NCBI GenBank assembly: GCA_004377355.1
Contig: SOIB01000086.1
Coordinates: forward strand, 1 to 55,422
From: Candidatus Stahliibacteriota bacterium
Lineage (GTDB): Bacteria > Hydrothermota > UBA3072
Length of the DNA: 55,422 nt
Reading direction: 5' to 3'
The notes beneath the pieces are model-generated. The model was given only the letters and a program-made list of their open reading frames with translations, had not been told where the DNA came from and ran no database searches. The translations under genes were made by a program, and so were the position numbers. Below, piece after piece: positions 16,589 to 26,524 of the stretch (position 1 is its first letter; each line of letters opens with the position of its first letter).

Positions 16589-17309
16589 ATTGCAAAATGT
16601 AACCAGGACATTTGGAAAACTTTATGCTGTTAAAAACCTGAATTTAAAAATACCAGATGGTGAGCTGTTTACTTTACTTGGACCAAATGGTGCAGGAAAG
16701 ACCACGACAGTCAAAATGATAACTGGTTTAATCAAACCAAGTGTAGGAAAGATTTTTATTAATGGTATTGACGTTTCAGAATTCCCTGAAAAGGCCAAGG
16801 AGATAATTTCTTATATACCTGACCAGCCATTTTTATATCCTGAACTCACCGGTCGAGAATTCATTATTTTTGTTTCAAGATTATACAGGATGGAGCAAAA
16901 GGATATTACAATGGGAATGGAGAGCTTAATCGATGTATTTCGTATTGGGGATTGGATCGATCTTCCTGCATCTATGTATTCTCATGGAATGAGGCAAAAA
17001 GTTATATTTATTCAGGCGTTGATACATAATCCAGAAGTTATTGTTATTGACGAGCCAATGGTTGGATTAGATCCAGTTTCTGCAAGGATAGTAAAAAAAA
17101 TACTTCGAGAACGTGTAAGAAATGGTGTTACAGTCTTTATGTCAACGCATTCCCTTGATGTTGCAGAAGAAATTTCTGATAGAGTAGGAGTTATAGATGA
17201 GGGAAAACTAATTGAGGTAGGCAGTATGGAAAAACTCCTTAAAACTCCATCTTCAACACTTGAAGATTTATATTTTTCAATTACAGAGGGGGAACCCAAT
17301 GTCCCTTAA
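16581..17309 (+). CDS. ABC transporter ATP-binding protein (ABC-2/DrrA-like)
   Basis: Has Walker A GPNGAGKTT, an ABC signature-like YSHGMRQK and Walker B VIVIDEP. ATG 16581 (MIELQNV...) is preferred and the track's TTG is at 16575. It overlaps the upstream stop. Confidence 0.85.
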   Translation: MIELQNVTRTFGKLYAVKNLNLKIPDGELFTLLGPNGAGKTTTVKMITGLIKPSVGKIFINGIDVSEFPEKAKEIISYIPDQPFLYPELTGREFIIFVSRLYRMEQKDITMGMESLIDVFRIGDWIDLPASMYSHGMRQKVIFIQALIHNPEVIVIDEPMVGLDPVSARIVKKILRERVRNGVTVFMSTHSLDVAEEISDRVGVIDEGKLIEVGSMEKLLKTPSSTLEDLYFSITEGEPNVP

Positions 17310-17922
17310 TCTTGGTGTTTTAGTCTCTGGAAGGGGGACCAATCTTCAATCATTAATAGATAAGTCTACATCGGGAGAAATCGATGCTAAAGTGGCAGTT
17401 GTTTTATCTGATAATCCAGATGCTTATGCTTTAAAGCGAGCTCGTAAAGCAGGTATCCCTGCCATATATATTGACCCTTGCACAACAAAGCCTGTGCTTG
17501 TTGGAGAAGCTGAGGTTGAGTATATGAAGGTATTAAATGAATATAAAGTAGACCTTGTGTGTTTGGCAGGGTTTATGAGAATAATAAAAGAAAATTTTTT
17601 AAATGAGTTTAAATGGAGGTTGATGAATATTCACCCTGCTCTATTACCATCCTTTAAGGGTCTTCATGCACAAAAACAGGCTTTAGAATATGGAGTGAGG
17701 TTTTCTGGAGCTACAGTGCATTTTGTAACAGGTCATGTTGATGGAGGACCAATAATACTCCAGGCGGTAGTACCTGTGTATAAGGATGACACAGAAGAAA
17801 CTCTTTCAGAACGAATACTAGCTGAGGAACATAGGATTTATGCGGAGGCTATTGAACTATTTGCAAAAGGTAAGATAGAAATAAGAGATAACCGAGTGAT
17901 AACCGGAGGACTGGATGAATAA
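17299..17922 (+). CDS. purN: phosphoribosylglycinamide formyltransferase
   Basis: GVLVSGRGTNLQ, NIHPALLPSF and GATVHFV are canonical PurN blocks. ATG 17299 is preferred over the upstream in-frame start at 17260. Confidence 0.9.
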   Translation: MSLNLGVLVSGRGTNLQSLIDKSTSGEIDAKVAVVLSDNPDAYALKRARKAGIPAIYIDPCTTKPVLVGEAEVEYMKVLNEYKVDLVCLAGFMRIIKENFLNEFKWRLMNIHPALLPSFKGLHAQKQALEYGVRFSGATVHFVTGHVDGGPIILQAVVPVYKDDTEETLSERILAEEHRIYAEAIELFAKGKIEIRDNRVITGGLDE

Positions 17923-18907
17923 TGAAATAAAAGTTGGACTTGTTGGAGCAGGTGCTGTTACCCAGGTTGAATACTTGCCTGTAATTGAGCAGAGTAAGGA
18001 ACTCAAGCTTGTAGCCGTTTGTGAATCCAACAGGGAAAAGGTGGATGTGCTTTCAAGCCGGTATTATATTGGAGAAATTTATACAGATTATGAGCAGATG
18101 TTGAGGGAAGCAAATATAGATGTAGTAATTATTGCAACTCCTAACTATCTTCATACTCCAATGGCAATTTCTGCAATAGAGTATGGGAAAGATGTACTAT
18201 GTGAGATGCCCCTCGGGCTTGACGCCAGTGAAGTTAATGACCTTGGGAAGGTTGTTGATGCTTCCGATAATATTTTAATGTCTGCTTTTAACGGGCGTTT
18301 TAGACCAGATGTTCAGATATTAAAAGATTTAATTTCTAAAGGTGAGTTAGGTCGAATCTCCTTTGCAAAGGCAGGCTGGCTTAAATCTTTGCATGAAGAA
18401 AGAGACGGATGGAGGAGTGATCCACTTAAGTCTGGAGGTGGTGCAATTATGACTCTGGGAATACAAATACTTGGGTATGTATCGTGGTTAGTAGGTCTAG
18501 ATGTTTCAAGTGTTGTGGCTGGTTTTCATACTACTGATAGAATAGAAGATTCAGGTATAATATTTCTTCGATATAGAGATGGAAGCTATCTTATGATTGA
18601 GGTTGGATGGACTCTTCTATTTGAGAAAGACTTCACCTATTTTAATCTTTACGGGTCTGATGGAGTGGCACTGCTCAATCCATTGAAAATAAAGAAATTA
18701 GAAAATAACAGAGTGATTGATTTAACACCTTCCAATATTCCAAAGCATCCAATAAAAGAATCCTATTATAACATGTTAGAAAGATTCATAGATTATGTAG
18801 GGAGTAGATCTGTACCACAACATGGTTGGCAAGATGCATATGAAGTTGCTATAATAATTGATGCTGCATATCGTTCAGCAGAGGAAGAGAAGGAGATTTT
18901 ACTTTAG
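17915..18907 (+). CDS. Gfo/Idh/MocA family oxidoreductase
   Basis: 330 aa with an N-terminal Rossmann motif VGLVGAGAV and the family-typical CEMPL block. Confidence 0.8.
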   Translation: MNNEIKVGLVGAGAVTQVEYLPVIEQSKELKLVAVCESNREKVDVLSSRYYIGEIYTDYEQMLREANIDVVIIATPNYLHTPMAISAIEYGKDVLCEMPLGLDASEVNDLGKVVDASDNILMSAFNGRFRPDVQILKDLISKGELGRISFAKAGWLKSLHEERDGWRSDPLKSGGGAIMTLGIQILGYVSWLVGLDVSSVVAGFHTTDRIEDSGIIFLRYRDGSYLMIEVGWTLLFEKDFTYFNLYGSDGVALLNPLKIKKLENNRVIDLTPSNIPKHPIKESYYNMLERFIDYVGSRSVPQHGWQDAYEVAIIIDAAYRSAEEEKEILL

Positions 18908-20391
18908 TGAAAACATTTTCTCGTTTTTTACTTCCTGCACTTGGTGGATTTGTTCTTACATTATCATTTGCTCCATATAAATTATCACTTTTTGCATGGG
19001 TTGCATTTATACCTCTTTTTTATTCACTCTCTGATGAGAAATATCCATTCCTAAAAGGATTTACAATGGGAATCACATTCTTTGCAACCCTACTCTTCTG
19101 GGTTCCTTTCTCTAATGTAGGCAGTCCAATATTGCTACAGGTGGTCTCCGGTTATTTTTTACTTTTATTATACCTTTCCTGTTTTTTTGGATTAGGAGGG
19201 CTTTTATATAAGAAATTAAAAAAGTTAAATCGAATATATCTGTTTCCCTTGGTTTTTTCGGGATTAGAATTTTTTAGAAGTCTTTCATCAGTATTTGGAT
19301 TCCCATGGGGGTCCCTGGGTTATTCGCAGGGGAACCTTATACATTTTGTTCAATTTGCCTCACTTGGTGGTATTCCCCTGGTAACTCTCTGGGTAGTTTT
19401 CATAAATATACTTTTGTTTATACTTATAGATAGGTATGTTATTAATAAAAAGTCAGATAAGATTTATATATATTTACTTATTGGCATTATAGTTTTTCCT
19501 TTTCTGTATTCTGAAGTTATAATACTTAGAGGATACAGGAGTCCAGGGGAAATAACGGTGACTATTTTACAGCCTAATGTTTTACCTGAAGAAAAGAGAT
19601 TTGGTTATAGAAAAATGAGAGAGGAAAGAATTGAAAGGATGTTTCTTAATGCGCCAAAGTCTGATTTGTATATTTTGCCAGAGACTGCATCTCCTTATTC
19701 ACTCACACAAAGCGAAGGAGCGAGCAGTTTCTTTTCTTCCCTTGCTGATGATAAAAACGCCTATATTATTGTAGGAATGCCAGATTTTGAGGTAAAGAAC
19801 AGAAAGCTGTATCATTATAATGGAGCAGCATTGGTTGATTCAACAGGAGTTATAGATAGTTACAGAAAAATATTTTTAGTTCCATTTGTTGAGAGATTCC
19901 CCTTTGATGATGTAATACCTCTCTTTAGTAAGATTCAGCTTGGACAAGGGCATTTTACTCCAGGACAAATTTATACGGTTTTTGATGTTGGTTGGGGTAA
20001 ATTTTCTGTATCTATTTGCTATGAAGCAATTTTTTCACAACTTATTAGAATATTTGTACTTAGAGATGTAGATTTCCTGGTGAATATAACAGAGGATGGC
20101 TGGTTTGGGAATACATCTGCTCCATATCAGCATGCACAAATGGCTATTTTTCGCTCTATTGAATTCAGAAGACCATTATTGAGGTCAGCAAATACCGGGG
20201 TATCATTGATTTCTGACCCTTTTGGGAGAATAATCAAAAGAACCACAATTTACAATGAGGCACGTATTACAGGAGAGATTCCACTGGTGAAAGGATTAAC
20301 AGTCTATGCAAGGATAGGTGATTTGTTTGGATGGTTGTTTCTACTTTTTGTAGTTGGGTTAGTAATATACAGGAATAAATTAAATGCTTAA
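18907..20391 (+). CDS. lnt: apolipoprotein N-acyltransferase
   Basis: 494 aa with a multi-TM N-terminal half and a nitrilase-fold C-terminal half containing PE...SICYE. Confidence 0.85.
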   Translation: MKTFSRFLLPALGGFVLTLSFAPYKLSLFAWVAFIPLFYSLSDEKYPFLKGFTMGITFFATLLFWVPFSNVGSPILLQVVSGYFLLLLYLSCFFGLGGLLYKKLKKLNRIYLFPLVFSGLEFFRSLSSVFGFPWGSLGYSQGNLIHFVQFASLGGIPLVTLWVVFINILLFILIDRYVINKKSDKIYIYLLIGIIVFPFLYSEVIILRGYRSPGEITVTILQPNVLPEEKRFGYRKMREERIERMFLNAPKSDLYILPETASPYSLTQSEGASSFFSSLADDKNAYIIVGMPDFEVKNRKLYHYNGAALVDSTGVIDSYRKIFLVPFVERFPFDDVIPLFSKIQLGQGHFTPGQIYTVFDVGWGKFSVSICYEAIFSQLIRIFVLRDVDFLVNITEDGWFGNTSAPYQHAQMAIFRSIEFRRPLLRSANTGVSLISDPFGRIIKRTTIYNEARITGEIPLVKGLTVYARIGDLFGWLFLLFVVGLVIYRNKLNA

Positions 20392-21775
20392 AAAACGCTC
20401 TCTCGAAAGTATCTTGCGAAGAATAAGACCAATAAAAAAGATACGTGAATATGCAGAAAGAGCAAAGAAGCAGGTCTATATTGTCGGGGGGATCTTGCGT
20501 GATATTCTTCTTGAAAGAGAAATTAGGGATATTGATATTGTAGTGAGTGGTAAAGGGGAAGATTTTGCAAGGGCACTTGGTAAATCCTTCCATCTTAAAA
20601 AAGATATGGATGAATATCGGGTCATGATGGACAATTTCACTATAGATGTAATGGGTTTAGGTACAACAGAGATACTTGATGACCTGGCGAGAAGAGATTA
20701 TACAATTAATGCAATGGCATATAATCTGTTAGATAAACGATTTATTGATCCTTTTAATGGAGTAAAAGACCTTGAGAATGGTGTTATAAAAGCTATAGGT
20801 AGGAAGAATATCGTGGAAGATAAGATAAGGATTCTTCGGGGATTACGATTTAGGGCTGAGTTTGAGTTTGAGATAGAAGATAAAACTGTAAGTCTCTTAA
20901 AGGAATATGCTAATGGGTTAGAAGCATGTGCAGCAGAACGTCTACATACTGAACTCATATTAATATTCAGTCAGGAGAATTCAAGACTTGCAATAATTCC
21001 CGAAATTTTCGATATAATTTTCCCAGGATTTCTTCAAATGAAAAATGTAGAAGGAGGCAAGGTTACAGAGAATTTATTAGAGCATTCTATACTTACGCTA
21101 AATATGTTAGAATCAATTATCAAAGACCTATCCCTATTTGGAAAGTATCAGAGGAAGATAGAAGGATATCTAAAAAATAAGCGAATTGAATTAAAATTGG
21201 CGAGCTTACTTCATGATATTAAGAAACCTGATACAATGGAGGTAAAAGGTAACGAAGTTCATTTCTACGGTCATGATAAATTAGCTTCCGAATGGATTGA
21301 TAAGAGATTAAAAGAACTCAAATTTTCTTATTCTGAAAGAGGCTTTATTTCTCTTTTAATCGAAAATCATATGTGGATACATCTTCTTGCAACACAGAAA
21401 GAACTAACAGAGAGAGCTAAGAGAAGAATGGTATTCAGGTTAGGAGAGGATGTTATTGGATTGTCTCTAATAACCATCGCGGATCAGATGGCATCCTGCG
21501 GAGGAGAGGATAAACATTTAATAAATGTTTGTAATGAAATTGTGAAATACTATTTTACTTCGAAGGATGAGGTTGAAAAACCACTTCTTCAGGGGAAGGA
21601 CCTAATTGAACATTTTGATATGGAACCAGGACCAGCATTTGGTAGGATACTTACCAGGGTCCAGAATGCATATGAAGAGGGTGAAATCAGGACTAAGGAG
21701 GAAGCTTTTAGATTCATTAGAGAAGAGATTCTTGAGGGACTTGACAGAAATGAAGAAGGAAATAATATGGACTAA
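20384..21775 (+). CDS. cca: CCA-adding tRNA nucleotidyltransferase / poly(A) polymerase family with HD domain
   Basis: Has GGILRDILL (the GGxVRD motif), RRDYTINAMA, and a C-terminal HD region (LLHDIKKPD). Confidence 0.8.
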   Translation: MLKKRSLESILRRIRPIKKIREYAERAKKQVYIVGGILRDILLEREIRDIDIVVSGKGEDFARALGKSFHLKKDMDEYRVMMDNFTIDVMGLGTTEILDDLARRDYTINAMAYNLLDKRFIDPFNGVKDLENGVIKAIGRKNIVEDKIRILRGLRFRAEFEFEIEDKTVSLLKEYANGLEACAAERLHTELILIFSQENSRLAIIPEIFDIIFPGFLQMKNVEGGKVTENLLEHSILTLNMLESIIKDLSLFGKYQRKIEGYLKNKRIELKLASLLHDIKKPDTMEVKGNEVHFYGHDKLASEWIDKRLKELKFSYSERGFISLLIENHMWIHLLATQKELTERAKRRMVFRLGEDVIGLSLITIADQMASCGGEDKHLINVCNEIVKYYFTSKDEVEKPLLQGKDLIEHFDMEPGPAFGRILTRVQNAYEEGEIRTKEEAFRFIREEILEGLDRNEEGNNMD

Positions 21776-21786
21776 AAGGAGGTAAG

Positions 21787-22254
21787 GTGAAGCAAATGAA
21801 AAATATGGCTTTCTTAATATTAATATTTATCAGTTTCTATATAATAGGATGTGATAATAATCCACCTGCACAGACTACCTTCATACCTCCAAAAGATAAG
21901 ATAGTAACCAGAGAAATGGCAAAAAGGTATGCGAGGGTGTCAGCTGCTCTAACAAAAGCTGTAGAAGAAGAGGCGGTTATTATTGAAGATTTTAGAGAAA
22001 AGCATAATATTTCATTAGATATGAACGAACTTAATGATAGAGAGTTTAAAGAGAAGCATCCCGAAGTAATTGCAGAGTGGAAAGGGATTCAAGAAGACTG
22101 GCAGAAAAAACAAACCGCAGTATATGAAAATTATGGAATGAGGGAAGAGGAATGGGATTGGATTGCAGGATCTCTTATTATGCCAAGAAACCGTCCTATG
22201 CAAGAATTTATTAGAAAGGAGATCGAGAGGATAGAAAAAGAAGAATACCAGTAA
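21787..22254 (+). CDS. hypothetical lipoprotein
   Basis: 155 aa with a signal peptide carrying the lipobox FYIIGC and a charged helical remainder. GTG start after an AAGGAGGT SD. Confidence 0.55.
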   Translation: MKQMKNMAFLILIFISFYIIGCDNNPPAQTTFIPPKDKIVTREMAKRYARVSAALTKAVEEEAVIIEDFREKHNISLDMNELNDREFKEKHPEVIAEWKGIQEDWQKKQTAVYENYGMREEEWDWIAGSLIMPRNRPMQEFIRKEIERIEKEEYQ

Positions 22255-22957
22255 CAGACACAAAGTAAAGATAATAAGTAAAGTAGTACAAGTTCTTTTT
22301 CTTTATACTTTTATAAAATACCCATAAAGCAAAAAGCCCTATCAGAAAAGCAGCTATAGTTCCATTTATTAATTGAATATAATTTAATTCAATAAATTTA
22401 AAATTAATTAACTCGAGAGTAAATGCTCCTAATAATGCAGGTATGGCAAGAATGAATGAAAATTCAAAGGACTCTTCTCTTTCTATCCCAAGCATGAGTG
22501 CAGTTGCCACTGTAAATCCCGAGCGGGAAATTCCTGGTATAAGTGCAACACTTTGAGCAATTCCAATTATAAAAGCAGTTTTAATATTGAGTTTACCTCC
22601 AAATTTTTCCTTCAGGGTTAATAATAACATACTCCCGGTTATAAATAACATTGAAAGCACTAAGATAGGATTAGTAAACATCAATTCTATTTTATCTTTT
22701 AACAATAATCCAACAAAAAATATTGGGAGTGTTCCAATTATTATAAGCGATATTCTTTCTTTAGTTAAATAACTTAATATTCTTTTTCTAAAGTAGGTGA
22801 TTATAGCGAGTAATGTGCCAAAATGTAGTGAAACTTCCAGTATAACCCCAGGGGTTTTCAACCCCATAAGTATTTTTAAGAGCACTAAATGACCGGAGCT
22901 TGATATAGGTAAGAATTCTGTAAGACCCTGGACTATACCTAATATAATTGCTTTCAT
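22211..22957 (-). CDS. uppP: undecaprenyl-diphosphate phosphatase
   Basis: GIVQGLTEFLPISSSGHL and PGISRSG are BacA/UppP signature blocks. Confidence 0.9.
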   Translation of the reverse strand: MKAIILGIVQGLTEFLPISSSGHLVLLKILMGLKTPGVILEVSLHFGTLLAIITYFRKRILSYLTKERISLIIIGTLPIFFVGLLLKDKIELMFTNPILVLSMLFITGSMLLLTLKEKFGGKLNIKTAFIIGIAQSVALIPGISRSGFTVATALMLGIEREESFEFSFILAIPALLGAFTLELINFKFIELNYIQLINGTIAAFLIGLFALWVFYKSIKKKNLYYFTYYLYFVSVTGILLFLSSRSPF

Positions 22958-23751
22958 TTAATAGTAGAGAGTAATAGGGCAATTAATCCAGGTATCATAG
23001 ATATTTTGAGTATCAATTGTGAACTTCTAAACCATCCAGGAGAAATTTTTGATTTTATACTAATAATTATAAAAGGTAGAATCATTCCAACACAGACGAT
23101 AAGTGTAAATAATAATCCGTAATAGAATGAAGCAAAAATTAATGAAAGAGAAAGCAACGATAGAAGTGTTATAACAAGACAACGGGTTTTTTTGAGACCA
23201 AATACTATTGGAAATGTTCGAAGACCAACCCGTAGATCACCAGCTATGTCCTCGCCATCTTTAAGAATTTCACGAGGAAGATTTAAAAGAAAGGCGAATA
23301 TAACCGGGAATATAATTTCTTTTATTTTACCTGAAATAGCTAAAGCTCCTATAGGAAAAGTTGTACTAAGAAGTAGAGAAACCACAATGTTTCCAATTAG
23401 GGGGCGTGGCTTTAGAAAAGGTGTGTAAATAAACAATAAAACAGAGATACCCAAGCTAATGTATAGAAGATTTAAATTTAAAATGATAAATATGCCATTT
23501 GCAATAAAGAAACAGATAATTGAATAAATTAAGGCGTGTTTACGCGTTAATCTACCAGAAGGAATAAGCCTGTTTGGTTGATTTATTTTATCTACTGCAA
23601 CGTCAAAATAATCATTAAGCAGATATCCACCAATTGCTAATAAACTTATAGAAAATCCAGAAAGTAGAGAGGCTAAATTAATATTTCCAGATGAAAGATA
23701 AGCACCTAATAGAACAGCAGCCCATACGATTAGGGCATTGGCTAGTCTCAC
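22954..23751 (-). CDS. UbiA-superfamily prenyltransferase (DGGGP-synthase-like subfamily)
   Basis: 265 aa with about 8 TM segments. Asp-rich motifs are NDYFDVAVDKIN and KDGEDIAGD. It overlaps uppP by 4 nt. Confidence 0.8.
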   Translation of the reverse strand: MRLANALIVWAAVLLGAYLSSGNINLASLLSGFSISLLAIGGYLLNDYFDVAVDKINQPNRLIPSGRLTRKHALIYSIICFFIANGIFIILNLNLLYISLGISVLLFIYTPFLKPRPLIGNIVVSLLLSTTFPIGALAISGKIKEIIFPVIFAFLLNLPREILKDGEDIAGDLRVGLRTFPIVFGLKKTRCLVITLLSLLSLSLIFASFYYGLLFTLIVCVGMILPFIIISIKSKISPGWFRSSQLILKISMIPGLIALLLSTIK

Positions 23752-25727
23752 TATGAAACGATAGAACCAGGTTTTATATCCTGATCTGGAATTATGATTG
23801 ATATAACCTCATTATCTATGGCGGCAAGAAGCATTCCATCAGAGTGAACCCCTTTTATCGTGACAGGTTCAAGGTTTGTTACTACGACTATTCGGAGTCC
23901 CTTTAAATCTTCTGCTTTGTACTGCTCCTTAATACCTGCTACTAGAGTGCGTTTTTCTCCAGTATCAACAATTAATTTGTAAAGTTTATCTGCTCCTTTA
24001 ATCTCTTCTACTTCTTCAATTATACCGACTTTCAATTCCATCTTCCTGAAATCATCAAAACTAATATCCGACACCTTAAGCCTCCTTATTTGTTTTTGTA
24101 TTTCATGATCCTCAATTTTTTTATACAAGGGTTTTATAATACCTATTGGGTGGTCTTGTGGTATTTTTGTCTCCTTAATTTCATCCCATTTCTTTCCTTC
24201 GAGATTCAACATAGAAAGAATTTTTCTTGCTCCAAAAGGTATAAATAATTCACCTATGTTGGCCAATACATAAACGATTTGCGAACATAAATGTAGCGTA
24301 GTTGCCGTCCTTACTTTATCTTTATTTCGAGTAAACCATGGTTCCATTTTATCATAATAGCGATTACCTTCTGAAGAGATTTCTATAAAGTATTTGAGCC
24401 CACGACGGAAATGGAAAGATGTCATTGATTCATCAATTCTTTCTATAAGATCATTTATTTTTTTTAATAACTTTTTATCATTATTTTTAATTACACCTGC
24501 TTTTGGTATTCTTTTACCAAAATATATTTCTATAAATTTCAATGTTCTGTTAACAAAATTTCCTAATGTGTTGATTAATTCTGCATTTACTCTTTCCTGT
24601 AATTCTATCCATTTGAAATCAGAATCCTTCCTTTCAGGGATTATAGAAGCTATATAATATCTGAGAAAATCTGGTTCAAAATCGTCTAAATATTCATGTA
24701 ACCAAACGGCCCAGTTATTACTAGTTGATATTTTCTGTCCTTCCAGGTTTAAAAATTCATTGCCTGGAATATCTGTTGGAAGTACATAATTGCCATATCC
24801 CATAAGAGTAGCAGGCCATATGATACCATGAAATACGATATTGTCTTTTCCTATAAAATGGACCAACTTAGTATCTTTATTCTGCCAATATTCCTTCCAT
24901 TTACCTGGCTCTCCTATTCTCTTGGCCCATTCAATTGTGGATGATATATACCCCAGTGGTGCTTCAAACCAGACATAGATGACTTTTCCATTTGCTTCCT
25001 CCAAAGGAACATCTACACCCCAAGTCATGTCTCTTGTAATGGGTCTAGGTTTAAGACCTTCATCGAGCCAACCTTTTAGGTATTTCCTCACATTTTTCTT
25101 CCATTTCTTATTTTCTAACCATTTTTCCAGTTCTTTTTGAAATCTGTCAAGCAATAAATACCAGTGTTTTGTTTCTCTCTTTTCTGGTGAAGTACCACAT
25201 ATTTTACAGCGTGATTCTCGAAGTTGTTCTGGTTCTAACCAGCTTCCACATGATTCGCAGGAATCTCCCCTGGCTTTTTCATATCCACAGTAGGGACATG
25301 TTCCTTCAATATAACGATCAGGCAGAAATTTATCACAATTAGGACAGTAAAGTTCTTCGCTAATTTTAGGTTCTATATATCCCTTATCGTACAATTTAAG
25401 GAAAAAGTCCTGCGCAAGTTCATGATGCAATTCCCTGGATGTGCCGGAGAAATTATCAAATTCTATCCCTAATTTCCCCAATGATTCTTTTATCATTTTA
25501 TGGTAGTGAACCACAAGGGATTTAGGGGTAATATTCTGTTTTTCAGCTGTAAGTGATATTGGAACACCATTTTCATCTGTACCACATATGTGAATTACGT
25601 CACATCCTTTCATTCTGAGAAATCTTGTATATATATCTGCTGGAAGGTGAACACCTGCAAGATGACCTATATGAATAGGACCGTTTGCATATGGTAGAGC
25701 ATCAGTTACAATAATTTTTTCATTCAT
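23751..25727 (-). CDS. metG: methionine--tRNA ligase with C-terminal tRNA-binding (Trbp111/EMAP-like) domain
   Basis: Has the HIGH motif (PIHIGHLAG), Zn knuckles CPNC...CPYC...CESC...CKIC and the KMSKS variant KISTS. ATG 25727 forms an ATGA overlap with the upstream stop, so it is preferred over 25751. Confidence 0.92.
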   Translation of the reverse strand: MNEKIIVTDALPYANGPIHIGHLAGVHLPADIYTRFLRMKGCDVIHICGTDENGVPISLTAEKQNITPKSLVVHYHKMIKESLGKLGIEFDNFSGTSRELHHELAQDFFLKLYDKGYIEPKISEELYCPNCDKFLPDRYIEGTCPYCGYEKARGDSCESCGSWLEPEQLRESRCKICGTSPEKRETKHWYLLLDRFQKELEKWLENKKWKKNVRKYLKGWLDEGLKPRPITRDMTWGVDVPLEEANGKVIYVWFEAPLGYISSTIEWAKRIGEPGKWKEYWQNKDTKLVHFIGKDNIVFHGIIWPATLMGYGNYVLPTDIPGNEFLNLEGQKISTSNNWAVWLHEYLDDFEPDFLRYYIASIIPERKDSDFKWIELQERVNAELINTLGNFVNRTLKFIEIYFGKRIPKAGVIKNNDKKLLKKINDLIERIDESMTSFHFRRGLKYFIEISSEGNRYYDKMEPWFTRNKDKVRTATTLHLCSQIVYVLANIGELFIPFGARKILSMLNLEGKKWDEIKETKIPQDHPIGIIKPLYKKIEDHEIQKQIRRLKVSDISFDDFRKMELKVGIIEEVEEIKGADKLYKLIVDTGEKRTLVAGIKEQYKAEDLKGLRIVVVTNLEPVTIKGVHSDGMLLAAIDNEVISIIIPDQDIKPGSIVS

Positions 25728-26524
25728 TTTCTTTTTATGATTTTGAACCATTTTTCTCCTTTTCTTTTCAGTTCCATCAATAAGATTTCTTCCTGAATTT
25801 CATCTTCATAAGTTATAGTGATGACATTTGTAATAATATTTCTATGGAGCACTGTGCCTGTTCCCTTTTCGGTAGTAACTTTCTCTCCACGTCCCGGGTA
25901 TTTATTCAATTCTTCTTTATAGAATTCATGTTCATATGCTAAACAGCAAAGTAATCTACAGCAGGGTCCAGATATTTTTGAAGGGTTTATATATATGTCC
26001 TGATCTCTGGCTGCTTCGAGTTGAATTGATTCCTTTTCTGTCAGGAAGACGTTGCAGCAGAAAGGTCTACCACATAATCCAAGCCCTCCAAGGTAACCTG
26101 AATAATCACGTACACCTATATGTCTTAACTCTATTGTTGCATCAAATTTTTCTTTTAGGTCCTTCACAAGTTCACGAAAATCTACCCTTTTATTTGCGAG
26201 GAAGTAGAACTTATATCTTTTACCATCCCATTCTTTGTCAACACCTACCAATTTCATGGGTAGATCATGGTGCTCAATTCTTTTTACACAGAGTTCAAAA
26301 GCCCTATCTTCATCTATTCTAAAACTTTTCAGTTTCTCTTTTTCACTATCATATATCGGGCGCAATATTTTTCCTTTAGGTTTAAGTTTAGCACGGGTTT
26401 TTTCACCAGTGTTTCCAATAAAATGTTCTCCATTTACTTCACATAAAACCAGTTCATTTTTCCTCGGATTAAATGAAGAATCAAGCGGATGTTGTACTCC
26501 TGAAAATTTTACATAATACAACAT
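25724..26524 (-). CDS. PSP1 domain protein (RicT/YaaT-like)
   Basis: 266 aa with the PSP1 C-terminal block CGRPFCC...CCRLLCCLAYEHEFY, in the classic holB-yaaT neighbourhood. Confidence 0.8.
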   Translation of the reverse strand: MLYYVKFSGVQHPLDSSFNPRKNELVLCEVNGEHFIGNTGEKTRAKLKPKGKILRPIYDSEKEKLKSFRIDEDRAFELCVKRIEHHDLPMKLVGVDKEWDGKRYKFYFLANKRVDFRELVKDLKEKFDATIELRHIGVRDYSGYLGGLGLCGRPFCCNVFLTEKESIQLEAARDQDIYINPSKISGPCCRLLCCLAYEHEFYKEELNKYPGRGEKVTTEKGTGTVLHRNIITNVITITYEDEIQEEILLMELKRKGEKWFKIIKRK

